DNA from: Nitrospirota bacterium
GTDB taxonomy: Bacteria; Nitrospirota; Nitrospiria; Nitrospirales; NS-4
Assembly: GCA_963788195.1 (NCBI GenBank)
Contig: CAWBGA010000002.1
Location: 96,001 to 160,000 of the forward strand
DNA length: 64,000 nt
Direction: 5' to 3'
This document shows, piece after piece, positions 62,224-64,000 of this stretch. How positions within the stretch are numbered: position 1 is the first letter of the stretch; every line of letters begins with the position of its first letter. Made by a program: the position numbers and the translations under genes. The notes under the pieces were generated by a model, which worked only from the letters and a program-made list of their open reading frames with translations, did not search any database and was not told the DNA's origin.

Positions 62224-62805
62224 ATAGATTGCGCGACTAATTACAGACCATCCGTCGCTGGGTGGTTAGGCCCCTCTCCGTATACTTTCCCGCAACACCC
62301 GTCAGGAGAGAGCCTCCAGGCCAGCTTTTTAATCGCCGCAGCCAACTTCTATACGCACGCGCGGGCAACGGCACTGTTCGGCAGGCTGCCGGCGACAGGT
62401 CGCAAGAATAACCTGAAACTTAGTGAAGACCAGGGTACAACGACCCTGAGGCGTCCAGGGTTTGCGGCTCCATTTTCCGTCAAGCTCTTGTCATGCGCGG
62501 TCGGCAGTAAAGAAATTCACAGAATGTTTTTGACTTAGGTAATTATTGATGTTAAGTAATAGCACTAACGCACCGCCAGCAGCCGGGCCGCTTCTCACTC
62601 GCGCTATTCAGATTCTCGCGCGCTTCGTGATGTATTGTCCGTGACGAGCAGGCCAATCTGGTGTGGCGGTGTTTTGCATCCACGGTGATGAATGCCGGAG
62701 GGTCGAAGTCAGCCGAAGAGGAGAAATATCAAGCAGCAGCCACACTTAGAAAATAGAATGCAGCGAGATTGGGCAGCATTACACACTAACAATAGAGGGG
62801 GAGCT

Positions 62806-62979
62806 ATGCTGGGAGCCTGGGAATTTACGATTTTAGGAAACGTCTCCATGGGAATTATGGCGATCGCCGGTGTTTGCTCCATGATATATGCCGTGGGAAC
62901 TTCGCTGAGCCCGTTTAGCCCGATCGAGGAACAGCCGCTTGATGAAGCGCGCTCGAGCGAGGCCAGGAGAGCCGCATAG
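62806..62979 (+). CDS. Small single-TM protein, paralogue A (57 aa)
   Basis: RBS gagggggag; MLGAWEFTILGNVSMGIMAIAGVCSMIYAVG...SSEARRAA*. Confidence 0.8.
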   Translation: MLGAWEFTILGNVSMGIMAIAGVCSMIYAVGTSLSPFSPIEEQPLDEARSSEARRAA

Positions 62980-63409
62980 TGATCAGAAGTCTTGCAGCCG
63001 CGCCACTTCAAAATCAGCGGCGCGGCTGCGGAAGCCTGCACCGAACTATCCCAACTTATCAGACCCTAAGTATTATTTCTTCCTCATGTTGAGGCGGCCG
63101 CGCCGCTTGCTTAGCGTGTCAGATTCTTGACCGAACTTAGTAAAAAATAGTAAAAGAAAATTTTGTTTCGCGCGTTTTTTTATGATAGGGTAAACCACTA
63201 TTTCGAGACAGCATGCGTACAACGGTGTCGACGTGGCCAGATGTTCACGCGAATGGTTCCTGTCTATGGGCTCCGAGCATTGGGAAAGTAGAGTAGTCCT
63301 CTACGGAAAGGAGGCGAATCGGCCAGGACACATGCAAAGCGAGAATCAAGATGGCTAGTGGTCTTTAAGGCATACAATATAATCCATAAATGAAATCAAG
63401 GAGGGGCAT

Positions 63410-63583
63410 ATGCTCGGAGCATGGGAATTTACGATGTTAGGAAACGTGTCCATGGGAATTATGGCGATCGCAGGAGTCTGCTCCATGGTCTATGCCGTCG
63501 GAATCTCACTCACCAATGCCAGCCGCGCGGAAGAGATCCAAGTGGAAGAAAAGGAGTCCAGCGAGGCGAATAAAGCCGCTTAG
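63410..63583 (+). CDS. Small single-TM protein, paralogue B (57 aa)
   Basis: RBS aaggagg; MLGAWEFTMLGNVSMGIMAIAGVCSMVYAVG...SSEANKAA*; differences from paralogue A in the first 31 codons are mostly synonymous. Confidence 0.82.
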   Translation: MLGAWEFTMLGNVSMGIMAIAGVCSMVYAVGISLTNASRAEEIQVEEKESSEANKAA

Positions 63584-63588
63584 TCATT

Positions 63589-63685
63589 GGGGGCAAAGGA
63601 ATCTGTCCGGGGCACCCCTTGCCTTCCCGTGCAAGGGGTCGAAATGATTTCTTCAGGGCTGAGTGGGTGAAGCTGGGTGGGTGAA
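63589..63685. repeat. REP-like element
   Basis: ggggcaaaggaatctgtccggggcaccccttgc..gtgcaaggggtcgaaa closely matches 25301-25356 and is an inverted relative of 44823-44853. Confidence 0.8.
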
Positions 63686-63790
63686 ATAGTGTCAGCGGAG
63701 CAATAGTGCTCAGCCACGCGCGTATGGAATGTAGGCTAACTGCTTGGGTCTGAACGGTTACCGAAACACCATCTAAAACGGAGGCAACAT

Positions 63791-63949
63791 ATGAGCATGA
63801 GCACCATCCTACTGGTCATCGTGATCTTGCTCCTCATTGGCGCGTTCCCGACATGGCCGCATAGCAAAAACTGGGGTTACGGTCCCAGCGGGGGGGTAGG
63901 CTTGGTTGTCTTGATCCTGGTCATTTTGTTGTTGACTGGAAGGATTTAG
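63791..63949 (+). CDS. DUF3309-family small membrane protein
   Basis: Manual translation MSMSTILLVIVILLLIGAFPTWPHSKNWGYGPSGGVGLVVLILVILLLTGRI*; RBS ggagg. Confidence 0.9.
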   Translation: MSMSTILLVIVILLLIGAFPTWPHSKNWGYGPSGGVGLVVLILVILLLTGRI

Positions 63950-63979
63950 CGGCGGCTCCCCTCGGAATAGGTTGGGGAT

Positions 63980-63996
63980 GTGAGCAATTGTGAACA
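63980..63996 (+). promoter_or_regulatory. Motif copy 7 (target gene beyond the window)
   Basis: gtgagcaattgtgaaca. Confidence 0.6.
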
Positions 63997-64000
63997 GCCT

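Noticed and set aside
63200..63345. Riboswitch or ncRNA upstream of microprotein B (gtagag..ctctac hairpin)
   Set aside because: Only a short hairpin is visible and I could not match any Rfam consensus by eye; an Infernal search is needed.
53245..63996. The repeated 17-bp motif as a CRISPR array or integron attC series
   Set aside because: Copies are short, irregularly spaced by up to kilobases and tied to -10 boxes. No cas or integrase gene and no attC-like structure were seen.

Overview
A 64 kb bacterial chromosomal window. Gene order and style suggest Nitrospirota; this is inference, with no database search. The left part is housekeeping: a minus-strand complex I operon (nuoA-B-CD-E-F-G-H-I-J-K-L-M and the start of nuoN) led by an NDUFAF7/MidA-type methyltransferase, a sigma-28-driven FliK-like/FlhB-C pair, a GAF-GGDEF protein and secA. 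The middle holds a probable metal-uptake region (two DUF2946/CruR-like RAPP leader ORFs, TlpA, two beta-barrels, TonB-TPR-TonB), an ECF sigma/anti-sigma/VIT-vWA trio, a heme-oxygenase-like diiron enzyme plus methyltransferase pair, a P-type ATPase, serS, rph, rdgB and four tRNAs. After tRNA-Arg(TCT) comes an accessory region containing the best candidate for an undescribed system. It has a kaiC-kaiB operon ending in a PAS-Crp/Fnr fusion regulator, seven copies of an imperfect palindrome (GTGAGCAATATTGAACA), five of them at class-II activator distance from a -10 box, and four ~51-aa paralogous small ORFs (core E-x-x-[HR]-K-C-V-x-T-Y) missed by the ORF track, each directly behind that motif. Many single-base frameshifts, including in secA and nuo genes, are most likely assembly errors. 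A modular REP-like repeat family fills many intergenic spaces.
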